From NCBI GenBank assembly GCA_965218435.1, contig CBDCKW010000005.1, positions 416,001-480,000 on the forward strand: a stretch of DNA of 64,000 nt, given 5' to 3'. Numbering within the stretch: the stretch's first letter is position 1; each line of letters starts with the position of its first letter. The notes beneath the pieces are model-generated. The model was not told the origin of the DNA, made no database searches, and worked only from the letters and a program-made list of their open reading frames with translations. A program made the translations under genes and the position numbers. Source of the stretch: Truepera sp. (GTDB taxonomy: Bacteria; Deinococcota; Deinococci; Deinococcales; Trueperaceae). Shown here piece after piece: positions 43,521-52,117 of the stretch.

Positions 43521-44054
43521 TTAAGCAGGCAGGTAGGTCAACCTGAGCACATCCTCGCCAATCCGATCATGAGCCACAAGGCGGAGCGGCGGCCGGGGTC
43601 CGGCAAAATAGGGCTTGCCGTGACCTAGCACGACCGGGTGCAGGTAGATTCGGTACTCATCGATCAGACCAAGGTCAGTGAGGTTTTGCGCCAAGTTCGG
43701 GCCAGCGACTTCGATCTCCCCGTCGCGCTCAGCCTTCAGCTCGCGGATCGTGCCCTCGAGATCAGCCTTAACAAGTCTGGCGTTGGGGCCGACCGACGTG
43801 AGCGAGCGTGAGACGACCCATTTCGGCTGGTTTCGCCACGCCGCTGCGAAGGCGTGTTCCGCTGCGTCCCATTCAGGCTGATCGTCATCCCAGTAACGCA
43901 TGAGCTCATACACATTGCGACCGTAGACACTGCCCACCTGCCTCTGAGCCTCTTCGATGAAGTGGCGGAAGAGCAGAGGGCTTGGCACGGGCAACGCCGT
44001 ATGATCGACGTAGCCGTCCAATGATTGATTCATCCCGAACACGAGCTTAGCCAT
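43521..44054 (-). CDS. Dihydrofolate reductase-like (RibD_C) protein
   Basis: MNQSLDGYVD, GLIDEYRIYLHPVVLG. Confidence 0.9.
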   Translation of the reverse strand: MAKLVFGMNQSLDGYVDHTALPVPSPLLFRHFIEEAQRQVGSVYGRNVYELMRYWDDDQPEWDAAEHAFAAAWRNQPKWVVSRSLTSVGPNARLVKADLEGTIRELKAERDGEIEVAGPNLAQNLTDLGLIDEYRIYLHPVVLGHGKPYFAGPRPPLRLVAHDRIGEDVLRLTYLPA

Positions 44055-44247
44055 TGCCTGTACCCAATAAGGTTTTCATATGTGGGTTACCTCCCAAGGT
44101 CAAACCTAGCAAGATTACGACTGCGCTGCTTCTTGAATCTTGCGCGTTTAAGGAACTCGCTTGTTTATCTTGTTCGTCAAGCGGTTGGCTAGCACGCCTG
44201 TGAATGAGAGTAGAGAAGAAACACTCTTCGCTAGAGTGTTTCTTCTC

Positions 44248-45129
44248 TCATGACAGGTAACGAACGATACGTTCACACCGAGCAGGGTCACAAGTGAGAC
44301 CGACACTTAGCCCCCACAGCCAGTAGTCCACGCAGCGAACGTAGGTCCATAAACGCGTCAGCTCGTCACCTAGCTCCGCAGCTTCAACCAACGTTCGGAA
44401 ATGCGTCTCGAAACCACCTTGCGCTTCGATATCCTCCAAGCGACACCAGAAAAGCTGGGCGACCCCAAATTCAGGCTTACCCACCACAACTTTCGGATCG
44501 ACAACTAGCCACGGTTCGCGCTCGCTTGCAAGGGTATCAAGGTAATGAAGGTCGTAGTTCACCAGCAGGGTACCCGTGCTATCAGCCAGCTGAGCGGTAA
44601 GCTCACAGGTGTGGTCAAGAACTTGTCTGGGCAGAGCTTGACCGTATTTTGCCCAACGCTGCGGCATCATCTCGAGGGCTTCTTGCCCCCACTCCCAAGT
44701 CGTCATGACGCCAACCGGAGCAGGAACGGCTAGGCGGCGCAGTAATTGACCTGCTACGGGTATGGCCTCTTTAATGAGAATGTCGTTGAGAGAACGTTTG
44801 AAGTCCAACCGCTCTAATACCATCGCGCCGTGTTGTGGCGAGGTTTCCAGTAACCGAACAGCTCCCCGACCGCCCCAGATGGCGAGTGCGAGAGATTCGG
44901 TGCGAGTAGAGCCGTCCAGCCAAGAGACTTTGAGAACGCACGCTTCCTCTCCTCTCTGGACCGGAAAAGCTAAACTTAGACCACCGTGCATCACGGGACC
45001 ATCAACCCGCAAATCCCACTGCCGACACAGCATCTCAACAAGGGCCGGTAAGTGGTCGAGCCATGCCTGGCCCGCTACGCCCTCACGAGCTACCGTATCG
45101 GCAGCAAAGCGTCTGGGAACTACAATCAT
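44248..45129 (-). CDS. Aminoglycoside/hydroxyurea phosphotransferase (APH(6)-like)
   Basis: AWLDHLP, VLERLD, NYDLHYLD, WLVVDPK. Confidence 0.85.
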   Translation of the reverse strand: MIVVPRRFAADTVAREGVAGQAWLDHLPALVEMLCRQWDLRVDGPVMHGGLSLAFPVQRGEEACVLKVSWLDGSTRTESLALAIWGGRGAVRLLETSPQHGAMVLERLDFKRSLNDILIKEAIPVAGQLLRRLAVPAPVGVMTTWEWGQEALEMMPQRWAKYGQALPRQVLDHTCELTAQLADSTGTLLVNYDLHYLDTLASEREPWLVVDPKVVVGKPEFGVAQLFWCRLEDIEAQGGFETHFRTLVEAAELGDELTRLWTYVRCVDYWLWGLSVGLTCDPARCERIVRYLS

Positions 45130-45216
45130 AGAGGTACTTTACAGCATCGATTTGCGTGTGCTCAGTAGAAATCTGAAATGGAATAGCGAAGAGTGTTTCA
45201 ACTTGTCTTCAGATGT

Positions 45217-45663
45217 TCAGTTATCTTCAAACCAGTCTTCAAGTGCTTTCCACTCGTTCTCTCTGACGGGAAAGTTCGTTCCTCTTGCCTGGGCAAAGAT
45301 CGAGAGATTCCATAAGTCGGGGTCACACTGCAAAAAATCGCGGTAGAGCGGCTTCTCGACGATGACCTTTTCATATTTTACTTTGACACGCGGATGGACT
45401 CTGAGACCGTCGTTAGGATCTGTCCAGTAGCTTCGTCCCTGCACGGAATCCGGGCGCACAACGGGATCGGTCGTGACAATTCCTAAAGCGTAGACGCCTG
45501 CCTTTTTACCGGAGATCCAGATCAGCACTCTATCGCCCATTTTGATTTTTGCATGGTGCTGTTTGCAGTTCCAGAACTCCTCGGCTTCTACGGCTAAAGA
45601 GGTGTGGATGTCGTAGAGGTTCGGATTTGCCTGAAATATCCAGGTAGCTTGGCTGCTCGTCAT
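45217..45663 (-). CDS. EVE domain protein
   Basis: WIFQANP, GDRVLIWISG, GTNFPV. Confidence 0.8.
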   Translation of the reverse strand: MTSSQATWIFQANPNLYDIHTSLAVEAEEFWNCKQHHAKIKMGDRVLIWISGKKAGVYALGIVTTDPVVRPDSVQGRSYWTDPNDGLRVHPRVKVKYEKVIVEKPLYRDFLQCDPDLWNLSIFAQARGTNFPVRENEWKALEDWFEDN

Positions 45664-46628
45664 GCTTGGTTTTCCTCTGGTAAAGCATCGAGGGAGGTTA
45701 ATTCTCGTCCGTCTACGGCGATGTACCTCGGGTAAGGAGGCAAGACGTCGCGTCCGTAGAAGTGGGGTATTTCCGAAGGGTTAACGGTGCGGCCTTGCCA
45801 AGGCAGGGGTGGGGCGTACATGATGGCCGCTTCACGCTCAACGCATAAGAGTGACGACATCAGGGTAGCGTCGTCGTCTAGGTGATAGCGGTGCAACTGT
45901 GGGAGTTGTGTGGTGACACCCAAACCGTGATTGATAAGGAAGGTCTGGGTTGCCAACATTGACGCCCTCGTCCATAGACGTTCGTGGTCGGTGGGGAGCA
46001 AGATGTACCCTGCCGACCGCACACTGTTTGTAAGTTCGCACCCTCGTGTGATGAAGAGGCGTGCGCTCGCACCCGAATTGCTGGCTCCGTAGGATGGGTT
46101 GGTATAAAACGCGTCGAAGGTACCGATAAGTTCTTTTGGAGGCGGATCGAACACGTTATAAAGCCTGCCTGCAAACCACTCTGAGAAATGATGCCCTTCG
46201 GCGAATGTCCTGGCGACCTCGAGGAGACAGTCGTCAAAATCGAGTAGCGCCATCTGTGCTGGACCCCTAAGTAGGCCGTGGCTACTGAGTAGACCCAGGA
46301 GTAGACTGGTTCCGTCATGATCGCCGACAAACACGACGCGCTTGCCCGCCAGATGCGGCGCAATCAGCTTGACCTGACATAAGAGGTCGCTTCCGCGCAT
46401 CGGAATCTGATCGAAGTCCCTTAGCGACTCCGGGCGGGCATCTTCCCAAAGTGCGAGCAGCTGCTCCTCTTCGGGCGTGACTTGCCGATAAACAGCGTTC
46501 TTCAGAAGACTGCCGAGTGCTGCGTAAGCGCCCGTTCCTCCTGCTACCGTTACGTCTGAGGATGACGATATATGAGCAGGCATCCTAGGATGCCTGCTCA
46601 TATTAAGTCCTTGGTCGGGCGACCTCAT
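45660..46628 (-). CDS. BpsA-like (DUF43) SAM/dcSAM-dependent transferase
   Basis: LRDFDQ, VFVGDHDGTS, LDFD, YNVFDPPP, FYTNPSY, LFITRG. Confidence 0.75.
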   Translation of the reverse strand: MRSPDQGLNMSRHPRMPAHISSSSDVTVAGGTGAYAALGSLLKNAVYRQVTPEEEQLLALWEDARPESLRDFDQIPMRGSDLLCQVKLIAPHLAGKRVVFVGDHDGTSLLLGLLSSHGLLRGPAQMALLDFDDCLLEVARTFAEGHHFSEWFAGRLYNVFDPPPKELIGTFDAFYTNPSYGASNSGASARLFITRGCELTNSVRSAGYILLPTDHERLWTRASMLATQTFLINHGLGVTTQLPQLHRYHLDDDATLMSSLLCVEREAAIMYAPPLPWQGRTVNPSEIPHFYGRDVLPPYPRYIAVDGRELTSLDALPEENQA

Positions 46629-47206
46629 GCGGCCGCCTCCAGATCGTCACCCTGCTGGTAGTGATCCCAGAGATTGAGCGTTTTGATCCGCATCTCGACG
46701 AGCTCGACACTGGCCCCGTACTTGCCAGCGATGTGCGCGGCACTGTCACCTCGGTAAACCGCTTTGGCGACCTCTTTTGAAGGAAGTAGAGCGGCAGCAG
46801 CCGTAAACTTGGCTTCTTGCTCTTCTTCCTGATAGTAGGCGGCGCGTCCGCTGGAGCCGATGCTCACAGGGGTATGTCCGTGGTAGTGATGTGCAACCTC
46901 TTCGAGAAGTGTAACGCGGGCACGCTCAGGCGTCTGTTGACGGTTTAGCACTACAAAGAGTTTCCCTATAGGCAGTTCGTGGCTCATCCCAGACCACTCT
47001 TTGGCGTCTAAACGGTCCAACTCCGCCAGAACCTCTTCAGATAAGTTAGGAATCTCGTCGTGATATTTCAACACGACGCCTAGCTCGGCTTGCAAAGTTA
47101 AGGGGTCAAAAGGCTCATAGGATCCGACGCCTGCTTTTGCCCTAAGTGACCTGGCGCTCTCCTCGTAGTGATGCATGATGTCTTTAGTCAGTTGGGGCTT
47201 GGGCAC
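46625..47206 (-). CDS. ImmA/IrrE family metallopeptidase (EExxH variant)
   Basis: RARVTLLEEVAHHYHGH, EQEA...AAAALLP, IAGKYGAS. Confidence 0.85.
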   Translation of the reverse strand: MPKPQLTKDIMHHYEESARSLRAKAGVGSYEPFDPLTLQAELGVVLKYHDEIPNLSEEVLAELDRLDAKEWSGMSHELPIGKLFVVLNRQQTPERARVTLLEEVAHHYHGHTPVSIGSSGRAAYYQEEEQEAKFTAAAALLPSKEVAKAVYRGDSAAHIAGKYGASVELVEMRIKTLNLWDHYQQGDDLEAAA

Positions 47207-47223
47207 GTCATCTCCTTATCTCC

Positions 47224-47838
47224 TTAAGCAGTTTCTTCGTTCGCAGCGGCTTCATAAGCAAACTGGAACATCTGTGCAAGATTTTTAGCGGCTTTGGGGC
47301 TTAGTTTGGGATCAGCACGCAAGAAGGCAGATACCTGATGCGGCACATTCGTGGGCGGAACCATCTCTGCTAAATCCTGAGCAGTCTCTACACCACGAAG
47401 CTCTCTATGCAGATTGACCCCAAAATGCTCTTCCATCTGAAACGAGATGCCCATAGCCTCGAGGATGCGTTGTGCCCGCTCGACAGTCACGCCGTGGTAC
47501 TCATTGCGCTCGTCACGTGATACTTGCGCGTCGGATACGCCAAGCTCTTGGGCAAGTTCTTTTTGACTCCAACCTCGGGCAATACGTGCGCCGATCAGCC
47601 ACCGACCCACGCTTTCTAAGCTCTCGAGCGTCCCAAGGTCGCCCCGCTTCATGTTCTCGTAAGCCAAGACCTCCTCCTCGAGCTGGGCTCGAAACGAAAG
47701 TAAAGGATGCAGGGCGCGCTCGAGCGCGTCACCCGTCAGGCCAGCCTCTACAAGTTGGTTTCTTTGAGCCTCCAGCTGTATTTTTCCTTCCTCGAGCTGT
47801 TTGAGCATTCTTTGGTATTCGCTTTCGGTGCGGATCAT
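47224..47838 (-). CDS. XRE family HTH regulator
   Basis: ARIARGWSQKELAQELGVSDAQVSRDE. Confidence 0.88.
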   Translation of the reverse strand: MIRTESEYQRMLKQLEEGKIQLEAQRNQLVEAGLTGDALERALHPLLSFRAQLEEEVLAYENMKRGDLGTLESLESVGRWLIGARIARGWSQKELAQELGVSDAQVSRDERNEYHGVTVERAQRILEAMGISFQMEEHFGVNLHRELRGVETAQDLAEMVPPTNVPHQVSAFLRADPKLSPKAAKNLAQMFQFAYEAAANEETA

Positions 47839-48380
47839 CTTAGACCTCCTTCCTTTTGTAGTAAGACGACCCCCTTCTGGGCAAAGGTGGCGCGTTGTAA
47901 TCGAAACGCTGAGGGGAACGTCAAGGGTTGACCGTAGGGATCGGTGATCCCTGAAAACTGATCAAAGTGGGGGAAGAGTTCGACCCGGTAACGGTGCCAC
48001 ATGGGGAGCTGCTTTTTGATATGCCCCCGATAAGGTCGCCGCGTTGCCGGATCCCAAGTCCAGACCTTATGGGGATCGAGAGCGTTGAGCTGCCGCGTGA
48101 GATCGTCTAAGGCAACCGCGTCACAAGTAAAGTAGCCGTCGATATCATTGGGATGAGCTTTATCTTCGACAAAAGAACCGTCTAGTACGACTTCAGCAAT
48201 TCCTACCTCCCATAACTGCCTGACAAGAATCTCGGCCTGGTTGACCAATTGCAAGCGCCAGTCTCGATCCCAGCCTTCGCGGTCGTTCTCTACTAAGGAC
48301 GATTCACGGAGTTGGGAGAAGGTGGTGGGGTAGTCACCTGCTGGTAGCAGGCCCCGGTTATCGAAGTCAGGAATCGTCAC
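47835..48380 (-). CDS. DUF6932-like nucleotidyltransferase-fold protein
   Basis: IPDFDNRGLLPAG, LDGSFVEDKAHPNDID, KGVV. Confidence 0.75.
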   Translation of the reverse strand: MTIPDFDNRGLLPAGDYPTTFSQLRESSLVENDREGWDRDWRLQLVNQAEILVRQLWEVGIAEVVLDGSFVEDKAHPNDIDGYFTCDAVALDDLTRQLNALDPHKVWTWDPATRRPYRGHIKKQLPMWHRYRVELFPHFDQFSGITDPYGQPLTFPSAFRLQRATFAQKGVVLLQKEGGLR

Positions 48381-48389
48381 TTCGATATA

Positions 48390-48408
48390 TTATCATAAAT
48401 GATGATAA
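48390..48408. promoter_or_regulatory. Palindromic operator upstream of the five-gene operon
   Basis: TTATCAT-aaatg-ATGATAA about 10 nt before the GTG start. Confidence 0.6.
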
Positions 48409-48513
48409 ATTACTAGACGATAAACATTTATGTTAATTTCTGGATTGTTAAACGCTGTAGCGTTGGCAGCAGGTGTAGATTGCTCAAGCAGAACTACAAC
48501 CATCTGCTCAGTT

Positions 48514-48828
48514 TTAGTGAGGTAGAACTTGTATCCGGTACCGCCCCACTCGGTTCGCCGCAGGCTCGAGCCCTTCCAAGAGCCCTAGCTCGACAAGCCT
48601 TTGCAGCGCCTCGGTCGCGTTCCGGTGCGAGATGCCTAGCAGCCCCTCGAGCTGCCTGACCGACACCTCAACCTCACCGTAGGGCTCGAGATAGAGGTAA
48701 ACGAGCCGCGTTGTCAGCGTCTCATCTTTAAGTGCTTCAGACAGGTGCGGCGGGTCTCTAGGCACGTCACGTCCGTCACTAGCGCCAAGGTGTGTTGGGT
48801 TTCCCCTCAGTTCGACCGCCTGGTACAC
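48514..48828 (-). CDS. Winged-HTH hypothetical protein, possibly truncated
   Basis: SVRQLEGLLGISHRNATEALQRLVELGLL. Confidence 0.55.
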   Translation of the reverse strand: MYQAVELRGNPTHLGASDGRDVPRDPPHLSEALKDETLTTRLVYLYLEPYGEVEVSVRQLEGLLGISHRNATEALQRLVELGLLEGLEPAANRVGRYRIQVLPH

Positions 48829-48989
48829 CGCTCGGACTGCTCGGCGCGGCTTTTAGCGCAGGTTCGATCTTCGGCGCGGCTTGGCACGCAGCCCGAAAAC
48901 GCGCTTCCCCCGCAAGACTCTAAACTCTGAGTGCTTTTCTGCTTGCAGCTGCACTTATTGCATTAGCGTTTACACCTGACTCACCAAGC

Positions 48990-49260
48990 GCGTCTTTAGC
49001 GTTATTTCTTGCGGGAGCATTCGCCGTTATCTTCAAAGTGAGTAACGAGTCCAGCATTCAGCTCAGTGTTCCAGACGTGCTACGTGGCAGGGTGCTCAGC
49101 GTGTATTTCTTTTTAGGTGGCGGCTCAGCGCCGCTCAGCTCGCTACTCCTTGCAGGTGCGATGGGGTCGTGGGGCCACGCCGAGAACTTATTGTGGTGGC
49201 AGTTCTGGCACTCGGTGGTATCGGTGTACGGGGCAGATTGTACGGCGTCCTCTTTGAAAA
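48990..49260 (+). pseudogene. MFS transporter fragment
   Basis: IQLSVPDVLRGRVLSVY motif. Confidence 0.65.
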
Positions 49261-49561
49261 TCTACAACCTTGTGCGGTGGTTGAGCGCGATGCGCGCGTC
49301 CCCACGTTCAAGAATCGAGCTTTGTTCTGTTGTTCATCTCGGACGTGCTCCTCGAGGTCGGCTCTAACCCAGATTTTATCGCCGGTCGTGTCATAGCTCG
49401 AACATCACGCTTCTATCCGCGCTTCTGCCGCCGACAATTCAAAGCCGCAATTGTGGTCTGCAGGTTACTCGCTACGGCAGATGGACTCGCGCTGCGTGTG
49501 CTGATCGGTCAGCTGAGCACAGCAGAAGCTGTAGAGAGCCTCGAGCAGGATTTGACCAGGC

Positions 49562-50134
49562 TCAGGCAGGCTCGACGGTACGGGTGACGACCCAGCGGTG
49601 GGGCGAGATCGACCGGGTACGCGTGAAGCCGTGGTTCTCGAAGGCGGCCATCGGGCCGGTGTGGAGAAACGAGCCCGATACCGAGCGGTCGTCGGTCTCC
49701 TCGGGGTAACCCTCGACCGTGCCACCACCGTGGCGGGCAATCTCGACCAGCGCCCCGCCGAGCGCGGCGTTAGCCACGCCGCGTCCGCGCCCACCCTTCC
49801 CGGTGAAAAAGCACGTGACGCGCCAGTCGGGCAGCGTCGTGAGGCCCTTTTCGTATTTCCGCTTGCTCTTGACCTCCGGCAGCTCAGCGGGCGAGCCGAA
49901 CTGGCACCAGCCCAGGCAGGTGTCGCCGTCGAAGACGAGTGCGGCGTGGGCGCGACCCTCGCGGACCCGTTGCTCTTTCTCCGCCCGGTTCTGCTGAGCG
50001 GTTCGTCCCTTGCCGAGCTTGACGTGGAAGCCCATACACCAGCAACCGCCCCACACGCCGTTGTTCGCTTCGACCAGCCGAGCGAAGTCGGGCCAGGTGC
50101 TTTCGTCCAGCGGTCTTACGCTAAATTCGGTCAT
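49562..50134 (-). CDS. GNAT family acetyltransferase
   Basis: GGCWCMGFH, GWCQFG, RGRGVA, VEGYP. Confidence 0.88.
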   Translation of the reverse strand: MTEFSVRPLDESTWPDFARLVEANNGVWGGCWCMGFHVKLGKGRTAQQNRAEKEQRVREGRAHAALVFDGDTCLGWCQFGSPAELPEVKSKRKYEKGLTTLPDWRVTCFFTGKGGRGRGVANAALGGALVEIARHGGGTVEGYPEETDDRSVSGSFLHTGPMAAFENHGFTRTRSISPHRWVVTRTVEPA

Positions 50135-50146
50135 CGTTTCTCCCTT

Positions 50147-50434
50147 CTAGCGACCAACCTCGAGCTTTATCGTTATCGTGTCACCTTCCTCGAGCTTTTC
50201 CGCCTTACGCACACTGTCTTTAAGGGGCACGAGGTAACGACCCTGTTTGGGAAACAGCGAGGTCTTCCAGGTAGTCTTGCCGATTTGCACCTCGACTGGA
50301 ATCATGCCCCAGCCGTAGGTGACGAGCTTCGACACGTCCTTGATGATGTCGCTTTCGTCTTCGGGTACGGCGACGAAGTAGTACGGGGAGGGGCCACGCC
50401 AGTACAGAAGGGCACCGCTGAACTCGAGGCTCAC
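50147..50434 (-). CDS. DUF1905 family protein
   Basis: WRGPSPYYFV, GWGMIPV, WKTSLFPK; GTGA overlap with the upstream gene. Confidence 0.85.
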   Translation of the reverse strand: MSLEFSGALLYWRGPSPYYFVAVPEDESDIIKDVSKLVTYGWGMIPVEVQIGKTTWKTSLFPKQGRYLVPLKDSVRKAEKLEEGDTITIKLEVGR

Positions 50435-50768
50435 TGCTCTGTCTTTTTGCCTCTCCAAACATCCCAGGTGAGCGGCCCGGCTTCCTTATCGCTGATCGGA
50501 TAACCCGCCGCCTTGAGGGCCAGCTTGATCTGACCGTGATGGTAGCCCTCGTGCCACAGCAAGAGCTGGAGCATCAGGACCGGGTGGTCGTAGTTGAGGT
50601 CTAAGTCCCGACCTGCCAGCACTCTCTCCCTCACCGCGTCCCGCACCGCCCTAGCACTGTCATTAAGCATCTGCGCGATGCGCTCCTCCTCACGCTCGTC
50701 TCGCCACTCTTCTTCGGGTACATTCCTGGCGAGTTCGGGAGCTTCCTCGAAAACGGATACCAGCCGCT
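50431..50768 (-). pseudogene. DinB family protein truncated by IS3
   Basis: LLWHEGYHHGQIKLALK; 5' part missing. Confidence 0.85.
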
Positions 50769-52042
50769 TGGAGTTACCCCGCTTTAGTGGATACCAATAC
50801 GCTTGAGATAGCGTGAGGAAGAGGTATCTATGCCCAGAAGTCACCTTCCATATCCACCCGAATTCAAAGCCGAAGCTGTAAGGCTTTATCACGCGAGCGA
50901 TAGAAGTCTGCAAAAGGTCGCTGACGACCTCGGCATCACCGCGAACTCGCTGAGAGAGTGGGTACGACGTATCGAGGTCGAAGACGGCAGCGGTGAGAGT
51001 CTTACGCAGGGCGAACGGGCAGAACTAAGCCGTTTACGCCGTGAAAACAAAGTTCTTAAAGAAGAACGAGAAATACTCCGAAAAGCGACCGCCTTCTTCG
51101 TCAAGGAAACCGACCGGACAAGATAGGCGTATTCCGGCTCGTAGAGCGAGAGAAGGCGAATCATAGTGTCAAGCGACTATGCAAGGTGCTAGGCGTTTCC
51201 CCTAGCGGCTATTATGCGTGGCGTCAGCGTGGCCCATCTCAGAGAGCGCAGAGAGACGCCGAACTGTCAAAGCGGATCAAGGCCGTCCACGCTAGGAGCC
51301 GTGGCATCTACGGTGCTCCTCGTGTCCATGCCGAGCTGCACCGCACATACGATGTTCACTGCTCTCGCAAGCGTGTCGCTCGGCTTATGCGGGAAGCGGG
51401 GCTGGTGGGTATCCATAGAAGGCGTAAACGAGGTGGCACAAAGCGTGCCCCGGCCCATCCTAGCTATACCGACCTGGTGAAGCGCGAATTCACCCCTAGT
51501 GTTCCCGACCGTTTGTGGGTCGCTGACATCACTCAACACCCGACTAACGAGGGCTGGCTTTATCTAGCGGTCGTCATCGACGCCTATTCTCGCAAAGTCG
51601 TCGGTTGGTCAATGGCTGAACACCTTCAAGCTGAACTCGTGATCAAAGCCCTTGAAATGGCGTTGTGGAACCGGCAGCCCTTTCCAGGTCTAATTCACCA
51701 TAGTGATCACGGCTCGCAGTACACTTCCCTGGCTTTCGGCCAACGGCTCGAGCAAGCCCACATCCTGGGTTCAATGGGTACGGTTGGAGATGCCTTGGAT
51801 AACGCCGTGGCAGAAAGCTTCTTTGCTACACTCCAAGTCGAACTGCTAGACCGGCAACGCTGGGAGACACGCCAACAGCTCACTACGGCCATCTTTAATT
51901 ACATTGAGGTCTTCTTCAACCGCCAGCGTCTCCACTCGACCTTGGGCTATCTCAGTCCGTCCGAGTTCGAGGAGGTGTATGCTCTCCAGCAGGCGGCGTG
52001 ACCGCCAAGTCCTAAACCTTCCACTAAATCGGGTCAACTCCA
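50769..52042 (+). mobile_element. IS3-family element (OrfA 50830-51126, OrfB about 51123-52001)
   Basis: IR TGGAGTT...TTTAGTGGA; WVADIT, HSDHGSQY, DNAVAESFF. Confidence 0.93.
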
Positions 52043-52117
52043 CCGCCCGCCAACCGCCTTTGGCGGACGGTCTTGCGGCTGCTAGAATGGCGCACATCTA
52101 GTATCGGGAGTACTTTT

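Larger units (their letters stand above)
34106..45200. repeat. Dispersed palindromic site TGAAACA-N3-core7-N3-TGTTTCA, seven copies, three split by IS/MITEs
   Basis: Copies at 34106/35866, 36878/37172, 38382/40142, 41005-41031, 43353-43379, 44217-44243, 45174-45200. Confidence 0.8.

Noticed and set aside
34106..45200. Array arms as parS (TGTTTCACGTGAAACA)
   Set aside because: The arms are in the opposite order and 13 bp apart.
48411..48445. dif-like site or Deinococcus RDRM motif around TTATGTTAAT
   Set aside because: Only one half matches; there is no XerC arm at the right spacing and no palindromic partner.
48841..48882. 12-bp direct repeat TCGGCGCGGCTT as iterons
   Set aside because: Only two copies; they read as in-frame KPRR repeats upstream of the HTH ORF, probably a decayed coding region.
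50769..50913. N-terminus of the 160-aa DinB ORF
   Set aside because: It derives from IS3 antisense sequence; the true 5' end is missing.
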